Assembly (NCBI GenBank): GCA_023701205.1
Contig: JAMPXJ010000006.1
Location: 86,404 to 150,403, forward strand
Reading direction: 5' to 3'
From: Oligoflexia bacterium
Lineage (GTDB): Bacteria > Bdellovibrionota > UBA1018
DNA length: 64,000 nt
Of the stretch, positions 19,280 through 27,491 are shown in pieces. The translations under genes and the position numbers were made by a program. Within the stretch, counting starts at the first letter, position 1, and each line of letters begins with the position of its first letter. The notes under the pieces were generated by a model. That model ran no database searches, was not told where the DNA came from, and was given only the letters and a program-made list of their open reading frames with translations.

Positions 19280-19403
19280 GCGAGGAGACTATCCTAACTC
19301 AGCTCAGGCTCGCGGGGGACATCCTGTCCACAACAAACCCTCGCCTGGACCCTCCTGGTCCAGCTCGGCTTATCAGCTGAGCTGAGTAGGATAGTCTCCT
19401 CGC
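19280..19403. repeat. Near-perfect 27/28-bp inverted repeat separated by 69 nt, between convergent genes
   Basis: Arm1 19280-19307 GCGAGGAGACTATCCTAACTCAGCTCAG; arm2 19377-19403 CTGAGCTGAGTAGGATAGTCTCCTCGC (reverse complement with a single 1-nt indel); smaller hairpins inside (ggaccctcctggtcc) and downstream (aggcccggcatagcgggcct; ggctcgctttgcgagcc). Confidence 0.7.
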
Positions 19404-19483
19404 TCCATTCCTCGTCTAGGCCCGGCATAGCGGGCCTAAGGTACTGGCTCGCTTTGCGAGCCTCGCACGGAGCGAGGAGGCGA

Positions 19484-20056
19484 CTACTCCTTCTTAAGCG
19501 CGAGGAACCGGAAGACCTTGTAGCCGGCGGCGGCCGAGGTGTACATCACGCGCCGAACCGTCTCGTACTGCACGCGTTTGTCGGCCTGGATGGCCAGGAC
19601 GCCCTCGAACGGCAGGGGGTTGCCCTTCTCGTCGCGGGTCTTGGACTTCGCGCGCAGCAGCTCGGCCTTGTCCCGCGCCTTCGTCAAGGCGTCATAGAGC
19701 GGCACGATCCGGCGTCCGCCCTCGTCGAGGTCCGTTTTCCTGAATTCGTAGCTCGGTCCCGAGCCATCGAGGCTCGCCGCCGTCTGCACGAACTCGAGGA
19801 TGCGCTCGTTCTCGAAAGTGACCGCCTCGGGCGTGATGATGACCTGCAGGCTCTCCGGGGGCATTTCCTCCGAACGCGAGATCGGAAGCTGCATGCCCGG
19901 GACGGTGGTAAAGGTATTGATCGTCGTCGAGTAGCTCTTCAGGAGGAAAACGACGATGATCACCAGCACGTCCATCATGCTCGTGAGCTGGAGCTCGAAG
20001 ACCTGATTGATCTTGCGCCGGCCCCGGCGCGAGCGGATCGAGCGGTGGAAGGCCAT
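19484..20056 (-). CDS. ExbD/TolR-family biopolymer transport protein (AglS-like candidate)
   Basis: Basic N-terminus, single TM (LTSMMDVLVIIVVFLL), periplasmic ExbD-like domain; ATGA overlap with the upstream ExbD gene. Confidence 0.8.
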   Translation of the reverse strand: MAFHRSIRSRRGRRKINQVFELQLTSMMDVLVIIVVFLLKSYSTTINTFTTVPGMQLPISRSEEMPPESLQVIITPEAVTFENERILEFVQTAASLDGSGPSYEFRKTDLDEGGRRIVPLYDALTKARDKAELLRAKSKTRDEKGNPLPFEGVLAIQADKRVQYETVRRVMYTSAAAGYKVFRFLALKKE

Positions 20057-20613
20057 CAGCTGTCCCCTCCCGGCGCGGAAAGCAGGTTTCCGAAGATGAT
20101 CTCCGGGAAAAGCTTCTTCACGGCTTCATCGTTGCCGCTCTGGGGGTTGCGGGCGAAGATCGGGGCATCCGTCGCCTCGACGGCCCGTGCGGAGTCCATC
20201 AGCGAGACCAGGACGTCGTAGGTCGTGGCCGCGTGAGGAACGAGCACGAGCTTCGTCTCATTGGGGAAGAGCTTCTTGATCTCGAGCAGCCCTGAGTGGA
20301 TGCCGGCGATGTCGGGCTGGCCAGGCAGCGCGTGGGGGATCTTCTTCGAGGCGAACTTCTCGAACGGGCTCCACAGCTCGGTGTCCGACTCGTGGACCGA
20401 GACGGTGAGCTGCAGGGGCTTCTCCTTGAGCTGCTCCTCCATCTCCTTTTCGCTCGAGATGGGGAAGGGCGACTCGATGTGCACGATCGAGAGGAACGAG
20501 GTCGTGAAAAGGAGGAATCCGATCAGCGTGACCATGGTGTCGAGGATCGGCACCAGGTTGAGGTTGATCCCTTCGGCGGAGGATTTGCGGCGGGAGCTCG
20601 GGCGCTTGAGCAC
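20056..20613 (-). CDS. ExbD/TolR-family biopolymer transport protein (AglQ-like candidate)
   Basis: INLNLVPILDTMVTLIGFLLF TM and ExbD-like periplasmic domain; 6 nt downstream of the TolQ-like gene. Confidence 0.75.
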   Translation of the reverse strand: MLKRPSSRRKSSAEGINLNLVPILDTMVTLIGFLLFTTSFLSIVHIESPFPISSEKEMEEQLKEKPLQLTVSVHESDTELWSPFEKFASKKIPHALPGQPDIAGIHSGLLEIKKLFPNETKLVLVPHAATTYDVLVSLMDSARAVEATDAPIFARNPQSGNDEAVKKLFPEIIFGNLLSAPGGDS

Positions 20614-20619
20614 GGCCCG

Positions 20620-21288
20620 TCACTCCGCCTTCTGCGCGCCCTGGCGGTACTTGCGTGCCGAGAGCAGATCCAGGAGCTTCACGCCGAACTCATCGATCTC
20701 CTCGAGCAGGCGGCTGGCCTGGTTCGAGAGGATGCTGTGGGCGATCATCGTGAAGATCGCGGTGATCAGGCCGAACGCCGTGGCGTTCATGGCCTCCGAA
20801 ATACCCGCCGAAAGGATCGCTTGCCGCTGCGCCGGATCCGCCTGCGCGATCGCCGCGAAGGACTTGATCAGGCCGCTGATGGTGCCCAGGAGGCCCAGCA
20901 GGGTGGCGATATTGGCGATCAGGGCGAGATAGGGAAGGCGCCGCTCGAGCTTCGGGATCATCTCCAGGCTCGTGGCATCGATCGCGTTCTGGATCTGGTT
21001 CTCGTCGCGCGAAGCGCGTTGCAGCCCGGCTTTGATGACCTTGGCCAGGGCCTTGTTGCCCCCGCCGTTACAGAGGCGGATCGCGCCGTCGATGTCGTTG
21101 GCCAGGATGTATTTCTGGACCTCGAACATGAAGGAGGCTCCGTCGACGTTGTACTGGATATAGAGCCGGTAAGCCCGCTCGATCGTCAAGGCGACGGAAA
21201 CGGCCAGGGAGATCGCGATGGGGATCATCCAGGCTCCGCCTGTTTGGAAGGCCGCGATCATGCTGTTGATGAAGCTCGTTTGTTCCAT
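20620..21288 (-). CDS. MotA/TolQ/ExbB-family proton channel (AglR-like candidate)
   Basis: Three TM segments and conserved C-terminal TolQ/ExbB region (LALIANIATLLGLLGTISGLI...AISEAMNATAFGLITAIFTMIAHSIL); heads a three-gene operon. Confidence 0.85.
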   Translation of the reverse strand: MEQTSFINSMIAAFQTGGAWMIPIAISLAVSVALTIERAYRLYIQYNVDGASFMFEVQKYILANDIDGAIRLCNGGGNKALAKVIKAGLQRASRDENQIQNAIDATSLEMIPKLERRLPYLALIANIATLLGLLGTISGLIKSFAAIAQADPAQRQAILSAGISEAMNATAFGLITAIFTMIAHSILSNQASRLLEEIDEFGVKLLDLLSARKYRQGAQKAE

Positions 21289-21404
21289 GAGCTTGGGTCT
21301 CCTTCGAATGGACGCGCGTGAAATGGGCGCGAGTATTGGAATTCCTTAGTTAAAGGATAACGGATTTGACGAGGCGGTCAATGGATTAACCCGCGGGGAA
21401 GGGC

Positions 21405-21441
21405 AAAAAAGAAGGGGCCGCCTCTTTCGAGGAAGCCCCCC
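21405..21441 (-). terminator. Rho-independent terminator downstream of trxA (minus strand)
   Basis: Minus-strand RNA GGGGCUUCCUCGAAAGAGGCGGCCCC followed by UUCUUUUUUG: GC-rich stem with GAAA loop and U-tract. Confidence 0.5.
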
Positions 21442-21466
21442 TCATGGATCTTCAAAGCACAAGATC

Positions 21467-21799
21467 TCAAAGATGCTTCTGGACCACCTGGCTGAGCGTG
21501 TCTTTCGGGTGATTGCCCACGAGCTGATCGACGAGCTGGCCGTTCTTGAAAAACAGGACCGTCGGAATCCCGCGGATGTGATAGCGGCTCGGCGTCGCCG
21601 GATTCTCGTCGACGTTCATCTTGTAGACATTCATCTTGCCGGCGAATTCATCGGCGAGGGCGTCGATGGTGGGACCGAGCAGGCGGCAAGGGCCGCACCA
21701 TTCGGCCCAGAAATCGACGAGCGCAAGCTGCGCGGATTTCAGGACTTCGGATTCGAAATTGCCGTCAGTCGCGGCACGGACATTGGGTGAATTTGCCAT
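21467..21799 (-). CDS. trxA: Thioredoxin
   Basis: WCGPC active site, 110 aa, canonical thioredoxin length and fold signature. Confidence 0.9.
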   Translation of the reverse strand: MANSPNVRAATDGNFESEVLKSAQLALVDFWAEWCGPCRLLGPTIDALADEFAGKMNVYKMNVDENPATPSRYHIRGIPTVLFFKNGQLVDQLVGNHPKDTLSQVVQKHL

Positions 21800-22009
21800 G
21801 AAAGATTCCTCTCTTCTCAGTGATCTCTAGGTAATCCCGATTGACCCAAAATAGCTGCCAAAAAAGCCGTGTCAAAAAAGTTTGCCAAAAAGTTTGGTGA
21901 AAAGGTCATTTCCTAATAAAATCGGCTTTAGCGTGATCGGGTTACCATTTTTCCTGAAAATGGTCGAGAGATTTAGTTTATAATTCCGTATGGTTGGGAT
22001 TGAAAGTTC

Positions 22010-22486
22010 ATGCTAGTCGCACTCAGCTTGGATCTGAAACCGGTTCCCGCACGTCAGAAAGTCGGCGTGCTCAACCGTGTTTCCGCCAAAATGATCGATA
22101 TCCTCCTGATCATCGGCGTCGCGGCGATTCTGCCCTACCCCCTGGGGCCGCTCCTCGCGTTTCTCTACAGCCTTTTGGCCGATGGATTGAATTTCGGCCC
22201 GTTTGCCGGACAGAGCGTCGGCAAGCGCCTCATGCGGCTGCAGGTGGTCAACGTCAAGACCCGCAAGCCTGCCAGCTACCGTGACTCGATGCTTCGCAAT
22301 ACCCCGGTCGGGGTGGCGACCTTTTTCGCGATCATTCCGGTGTGGGGCTGGCTCATCCTGGTCCTGGTCGGGGTGCCTCTCATGGTCATGGAGATCTACC
22401 TGATGATGAGCGTCGAGGCCGGCCATCGCCTGGGCGACGTGATGGGGGATTCCGAGGTCATCGAATTGCCGCGCCAGAGCAGCTAA
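22010..22486 (+). CDS. RDD-family membrane protein
   Basis: Hydrophobic segments with conserved R...D..D spacing (RLMRLQVVNVKTRKPASYRDSMLRN) typical of the RDD family. Confidence 0.55.
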   Translation: MLVALSLDLKPVPARQKVGVLNRVSAKMIDILLIIGVAAILPYPLGPLLAFLYSLLADGLNFGPFAGQSVGKRLMRLQVVNVKTRKPASYRDSMLRNTPVGVATFFAIIPVWGWLILVLVGVPLMVMEIYLMMSVEAGHRLGDVMGDSEVIELPRQSS

Positions 22487-22527
22487 CGGGTGCGGCCCAG
22501 GTTTTTGTTGTGCTATGAGGGGAGGAT

Positions 22528-25461
22528 ATGTCCAAGCCCCTCTTCGCCGATCCGGAGCACACGCTCTATCTCCTCGACATCAGCTCCTTCATCTTCCGGG
22601 CCTTCTTCGCGATCCGTTCCCTGAGCACGCGAAGCGGCGAGCCCGTGAATGCGGTGTACGGAGTGGCCACGATGCTCGCCCGGATCGCCGAGGAGGCGCG
22701 CCCGCAGTACCTCGCGGTGGCTTACGATTCCCCGGAGCCTTCGTTCCGCGAGGAGCTCTATGCGGAGTACAAGGCCAATCGCTCGGAGCCCCCCGAGGAC
22801 CTCATCCCTCAGTTCGCGCGGATCGAGGAGCTGGTGCGGCGCTTCGAGATCCATTCCTACCGCATGCCCGGTCTCGAAGCCGATGACCTGATCGCAACAC
22901 TCGCGCGCAAGTGGTGCGCGGAATCGCCTGTGAACCGCGCCGTGATCGTGACGGGCGACAAGGATCTCATGCAGCTCGTGGATGAGCGTACGCGGGTCTG
23001 GGACACGATGGCGCAGAAAATTTACGGCCCGGACGAGGTCTTCGAGAAGATGGGCGTGCGCCCCGATCAGATCCGCGATTACCTCGGGCTGGTCGGCGAC
23101 AGCTCCGACAATATCCCCGGAGTGGCGGGGGTCGGCCCCAAGACCGCCGCGGAGCTGCTCAAGGAGTACGGCGATCTCGACCGCATCCTGGCCGCGGCCG
23201 CCGTCGGCAAGATCAAGGGCAAGCGCGGCGAGACGCTCGCCGCGAGCGAGAAGGTGGCGCGGCTTTCGGCGGAGCTTGCGACCGTGCGCTCGGACCTGGA
23301 CGTTCAGCTCCGGCGAGACGAGCTCGTCTACCGCTTTCATGTCAACGAGAAGTGCCGGGACTTCCTGCTCTCGATGGACTTCAACTCGCTCGTGGCGCGT
23401 TGGGCGAAGGACGCTCAGGAAGGGGTGGTCAACGGAGTGAAGGCGTCTGTCCCTCTCGCCACGCAGGCCGCGTCTCCGAAAACCGCGGAACTTGCGACCA
23501 CCGGGCAGGCCTCCTTCGCGCTGGAGGCACCGGGTTTCGCCGGCGCGGCTCCGCCTGCTGCTGATTCCGCCCCTCCGGTCACGCCTGCCTCCGCGCCCGC
23601 TCCCGCGACCGTGAATCTTCCCGCGCTCGTGGGCCCGGACAAGATCTTCCGCACAGTGAATACCGAAGACGATTTCCAGGCGCTGCTCGCCGCCCTCGAG
23701 AAGGCGCACGAGGTGGGCTTCGATCTGGAGACCACCTCGCTCAATCCGCGCCAGGCCGAGATCGTGGGCTTCGCCCTTTGCCATGACCCGAAGTTCGCCT
23801 GCTACGTACCCGTGGGCCATCGCCCAAGCCTCGCGGGTCCGCCCGTGGAGCAGCTTTCGCTTTCGCGCGTGCTCGAAGGGCTCCGGCCTTTCCTGGAGGA
23901 TCCCCGCCGCAAGAAGATCGGGCAGAACCTCAAGTACGACTGGAACGTCCTGGCCGCTCACGGCGTGCATGCCGACGGGATCGGCGCCGACACGATGGTC
24001 GCCGCCTACGTGCTCGATCCCGAGGGGCGGCACAACCTGGCGACCCTGGCCGCCTCTTATCTCGACTATTCGGTGCTCACCTACGAGCAGGTCTGCGGCA
24101 AAGGCAAGGACGCGCTTTCCTTCGATCAGGTGCCCATCGATCTTGCGACCCGGTATTCGGCCGAGGACGCCTGGATCGCCATGCGGCTCTGGCTCCAGCT
24201 CAAGGAGCGCCTCGCGCAGGAGCGCTTAATGGAGGTCTTCGCGCGCGTGGATCTCCCGCTCGTGCAGGTGCTGGCCGACATGGAGTCCGAGGGCGTCTCG
24301 ATCGATACGGAGTGGCTGCGGCAGCTCTCCGAGGAATTTTCGCGCGAGCTGCGCGCGATCGAAAGCCGTATCCAGGCTTACACCTCGGGCCCGATCAACC
24401 TCAATTCCCCCAAGCAGCTCGCTGTGCTGCTCTTTGAGCAGCTCAAGCTCCCGGTGCAGGGCAAGACCAAAACGGGCTACTCCACCGATGCGCAGGTGCT
24501 CGAGACGCTCGCGCCGCTGCACGAGGTTCCGCGGCTGCTGCTGGAGTACCGCGAGATCTCCAAGCTCAAGGGGACGTACGTCGATCCGCTTCCGCTGATG
24601 CGCGATTCGAAGACGGGAAAGATCCACGCGAGCTTCCACCAGACGGTGGCCGCCACGGGGCGGCTTTCGAGCTCCGAACCCAATCTCCAGAACATCCCGA
24701 TCCGGACGGAGCGCGGGCGTAAGATCCGCCGAGCCTTCGTCCCCTCGCCGGGGAATGTCCTGGTTGCGGCCGACTACAGCCAGATCGAACTCCGGCTGCT
24801 CGCGCACATGAGCGGGGATCCGGAGCTCGGGCGCGCGTTCCGCGAGGACGAGGACGTCCATCGACAGACCGCCGCCGAGATCTTCCGCATTCCGGGCGCG
24901 GAGGTCGACGAGCGCCAGCGCGGCATTGCCAAGGCGATCAACTTCGGCCTGATGTACGGCAAGACCGCCTTCGGGCTCGCGCAGGAGCTCAAGATCTCCC
25001 GCAAGGAGGCGCAGGAGACGATCGACCGCTACTTCCAGCGCTACGGCGCCGTGAAGCGCTTCCTCGATCAGCAGATCCTCGACGCGCGCGAGAACGGCTA
25101 TGTCACGACGCTTCTTGGCCGCAAGCGCGCGCTTCCCGATATCGCTTCCAGGAATCAGGCGATCCGCAACAACGCCGAGCGCATGGCCATGAACTCGCCC
25201 ATCCAGGGCACGGCCGCGGATCTCATGAAGCTCGCGATGACCGAGCTCGCGCACCGCCTGCGCGGCGAAGGCCTGCGCTCGAAGCTCATCATCCAGGTCC
25301 ACGACGAGGTCGTGCTCGATTGCCCGCGCGAGGAGGCCGAAGCCGTCAAGGCGCTCGTGACCCGCGTGATGGAATCCTCGGGCGATGGGCATCTGGGCAT
25401 GAAGCTCTCCGTCCCCCTGCGCGTGAACGCGGCGGTCGGGGCGAACTGGATGGATCTGTAG
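22528..25461 (+). CDS. polA: DNA polymerase I
   Basis: 5'-nuclease N-terminus (LYLLDISSFIFRAFFA), 3'-5' exo and polymerase motifs (RRAFVP...DYSQIELR; KAINFGLMYG; QVHDE); 977 aa. Confidence 0.95.
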   Translation: MSKPLFADPEHTLYLLDISSFIFRAFFAIRSLSTRSGEPVNAVYGVATMLARIAEEARPQYLAVAYDSPEPSFREELYAEYKANRSEPPEDLIPQFARIEELVRRFEIHSYRMPGLEADDLIATLARKWCAESPVNRAVIVTGDKDLMQLVDERTRVWDTMAQKIYGPDEVFEKMGVRPDQIRDYLGLVGDSSDNIPGVAGVGPKTAAELLKEYGDLDRILAAAAVGKIKGKRGETLAASEKVARLSAELATVRSDLDVQLRRDELVYRFHVNEKCRDFLLSMDFNSLVARWAKDAQEGVVNGVKASVPLATQAASPKTAELATTGQASFALEAPGFAGAAPPAADSAPPVTPASAPAPATVNLPALVGPDKIFRTVNTEDDFQALLAALEKAHEVGFDLETTSLNPRQAEIVGFALCHDPKFACYVPVGHRPSLAGPPVEQLSLSRVLEGLRPFLEDPRRKKIGQNLKYDWNVLAAHGVHADGIGADTMVAAYVLDPEGRHNLATLAASYLDYSVLTYEQVCGKGKDALSFDQVPIDLATRYSAEDAWIAMRLWLQLKERLAQERLMEVFARVDLPLVQVLADMESEGVSIDTEWLRQLSEEFSRELRAIESRIQAYTSGPINLNSPKQLAVLLFEQLKLPVQGKTKTGYSTDAQVLETLAPLHEVPRLLLEYREISKLKGTYVDPLPLMRDSKTGKIHASFHQTVAATGRLSSSEPNLQNIPIRTERGRKIRRAFVPSPGNVLVAADYSQIELRLLAHMSGDPELGRAFREDEDVHRQTAAEIFRIPGAEVDERQRGIAKAINFGLMYGKTAFGLAQELKISRKEAQETIDRYFQRYGAVKRFLDQQILDARENGYVTTLLGRKRALPDIASRNQAIRNNAERMAMNSPIQGTAADLMKLAMTELAHRLRGEGLRSKLIIQVHDEVVLDCPREEAEAVKALVTRVMESSGDGHLGMKLSVPLRVNAAVGANWMDL

Positions 25462-25537
25462 CCCATCGCGCTCCCTCGCTTCGCTCGGGCTGGCGCCATC
25501 CATGGCGCGCAAGCCCCCTCACGATACCTTGAACGGG

Positions 25538-26188
25538 CTAAGCTCCGCAGAGCAGCGATTCGTCCAGCGAGCGCCAGCCTTCCACGGCCCGGTCGACCGA
25601 GGAGGCCCGCCCTGCGCTGAAAAGGAGCGCGTGTCTTCCGTCAGCGGATACGCCATAGCTCAGTGCATGGTTTGGGTTCGTGCGCACGGTTTTGCAAAAA
25701 CGGCCTGACTTCAAAAGGGTGAAGCCGTAGGAGTGCAGTAAGCCCAGGCGGTCTTCGGAGAACTCCACGATCAAATAGAGTGTCGCCACTGGTGCGCCCA
25801 AGAATCGACCGAGTACGCCCGAAATCGTGGGAGGGAAGTCCAGCGTCGCGTTTTTCCCGCTTAGGCCTTTCGCGGAGAGAATCAGGCCCTCATTCACAAA
25901 GTAGTTCTCATCGCAGATTTCCGTTCCCCGGACGTGTACGCAATTGGTTTCGAAATTGTCAGTTATCCGGGAGGTGATCGTACCTCCGTGAGGCGGAACG
26001 AAGTTGTGCAGCGGTTCCGTGCTGTTTACCGGTAAGCTGGCGGGCAATAACCGGATCTCGCTCGCGGGTAGCTTGGCGGCCGGAAGATCCGCGATAGGAA
26101 TGGATGGGGGCTGTTCCGCGCAGCCGCCAAGCAGGAGTCCGAAGCCGATGCTGACAACTAGCGCCGAATTCCGTCTTAACGGATTCAT
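25538..26188 (-). CDS. Hypothetical lipoprotein (reduced-GC region)
   Basis: Signal peptide plus lipobox LLGGC; no recognisable catalytic motifs. Confidence 0.5.
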   Translation of the reverse strand: MNPLRRNSALVVSIGFGLLLGGCAEQPPSIPIADLPAAKLPASEIRLLPASLPVNSTEPLHNFVPPHGGTITSRITDNFETNCVHVRGTEICDENYFVNEGLILSAKGLSGKNATLDFPPTISGVLGRFLGAPVATLYLIVEFSEDRLGLLHSYGFTLLKSGRFCKTVRTNPNHALSYGVSADGRHALLFSAGRASSVDRAVEGWRSLDESLLCGA

Positions 26189-26251
26189 TCAAGGGAGGGT
26201 AACATACGTCTCAAGTTGCCTGCCAGCTGGAAGGCCGGTTAGGATTGCTTT

Positions 26252-26893
26252 ATGCGATTTCTAATTCTGCTGATCTCTTCCTTTGTTGTGAACGCCTCGG
26301 AGGCCGACACGGTTTCCAAGATGCTTGACGCTGATAGGGCCACGGAGCAGGCGCTCTTCAAGCAGGCCGGGGGAGTGTTCAGTCGGCCAAAGCCCGGAAC
26401 GCTCAAGCTCAAGCTCACGAACGGGAAGGAAAAGGAGTTCCTGGATAATCCCAGCGATGGAGATACTCACGTCAACTATGCTCTTCAGAAGCTTTATCCC
26501 AAAGCGGGGTTCGCCCTCCTTCATCTGGCACTCTACGAAGGGGAAGATTACCTGCTGCTCCGGCTTTCAGATGGCTGGAATACCGTCCTTCCGGATCTTC
26601 CGGTCTGGTCTCCCGATTTCGCCTTTTTCGCGATTGCACACGACGGCGGCGAGGCCCAGTATACGCCGGATGAGGTGGCGATCTGGAGTTGTGCGGCCAC
26701 CGAGCGCGGATGCGAAAGGATCTGGCAGACCCCGAGGGACCCGGAGACACGCGTTTCTACCTATGCGGGGCGGCGCGCCTTGTGGAAATCCAAAAACACG
26801 GTGGAGCTCACGATGAGTCGCAACGACAAGTCGTTCAGCGCCGTGTGCATGTGCCAGATCAAGGCCTGCCGCTGCAGTCCCGATCCTCAGTAA
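26252..26893 (+). CDS. Secreted hypothetical protein; 3' end lies inside repeat copy A
   Basis: Signal peptide MRFLILLISSFVVNASEA; ~50% GC; last ~9 codons (CRCSPDPQ) are encoded by the repeat. Confidence 0.5.
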   Translation: MRFLILLISSFVVNASEADTVSKMLDADRATEQALFKQAGGVFSRPKPGTLKLKLTNGKEKEFLDNPSDGDTHVNYALQKLYPKAGFALLHLALYEGEDYLLLRLSDGWNTVLPDLPVWSPDFAFFAIAHDGGEAQYTPDEVAIWSCAATERGCERIWQTPRDPETRVSTYAGRRALWKSKNTVELTMSRNDKSFSAVCMCQIKACRCSPDPQ

Positions 26894-26951
26894 ATCGGCC
26901 CGAGCGGGCGCCGCCCGATCCTTCGTAACGCGTCCGGAAGCGCAGCCACGG
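26862..26951. repeat. Copy A of a ~75-90 bp repeat (AGGCCTGCCGCTGCAGTCCCGATCCTCAGTAAAYCGGCCCGAGCGGGCGCCGCCCGATCCTTCGYAACG...GCGCAGCCACGG)
   Basis: Near-identical to 31293-31386 and partially to 29051-29123, seen by direct comparison. Confidence 0.65.
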
Positions 26952-27491
26952 TGATCGGGGTCGGAAGGTTCTCTCGTATTTCTGGTCAAATCCGCACGAA
27001 AAATCGTTTGTTCGCGATCACTTGGCCATTGGAAGAAGGATTCGGTCCTGAAGGAAAGAATCAGTGTTGCCGTACCTTTGGGATAAAGAGTCGACTTTCC
27101 ATGTCTTGCATTGGCTTCAAAGATTGGCTTCAGTTTGGAATCGTTGAACTCCGCTCCCAGAGAATCAATCTCCTCAGGCGAGAGCTCTTGAAAAAGGTAT
27201 CCGACGGCCGCGAACTCGCGTGCTTCTGCTGACGTAGCGGCGCGCCGCTCTTTAGCGATAACCGATACCGCAAGAAAGAAAGCCGACCGACTTCTCCACG
27301 GCGGGTGTAGTCCCCAAGATCCCGCTGCGTGATTTCTGCGGAAATGCTGAAGGGGTCGGATTACAGCGACGCGGGGCGAGGCGCGCGGATGCGTCGTGCC
27401 GACGAGGGCGCGCTTTCTTAACGGCCCGGGAGTGGCAAGCGCCCCCGAGCGAACCTGTTTTTCCAGAAACGACTTCAGATAACTGAACAAA

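Noticed and set aside
20296-21321. 341-aa plus-strand ORF opposite the TolQ/ExbD genes
   Set aside because: Asp/Arg/Gly-rich with no hydrophobic segments; the minus-strand products have canonical TM helices and family motifs
22513-25512. Minus-strand ORFs 22513..24033 and 24226..25512 antisense to polA
   Set aside because: polA motifs are unambiguous on the plus strand
25461-25540. GCGCCATCCATGGCGC palindrome after polA as a terminator
   Set aside because: 2-nt loop and no downstream U-tract; lies inside the convergent lipoprotein ORF's 3' region
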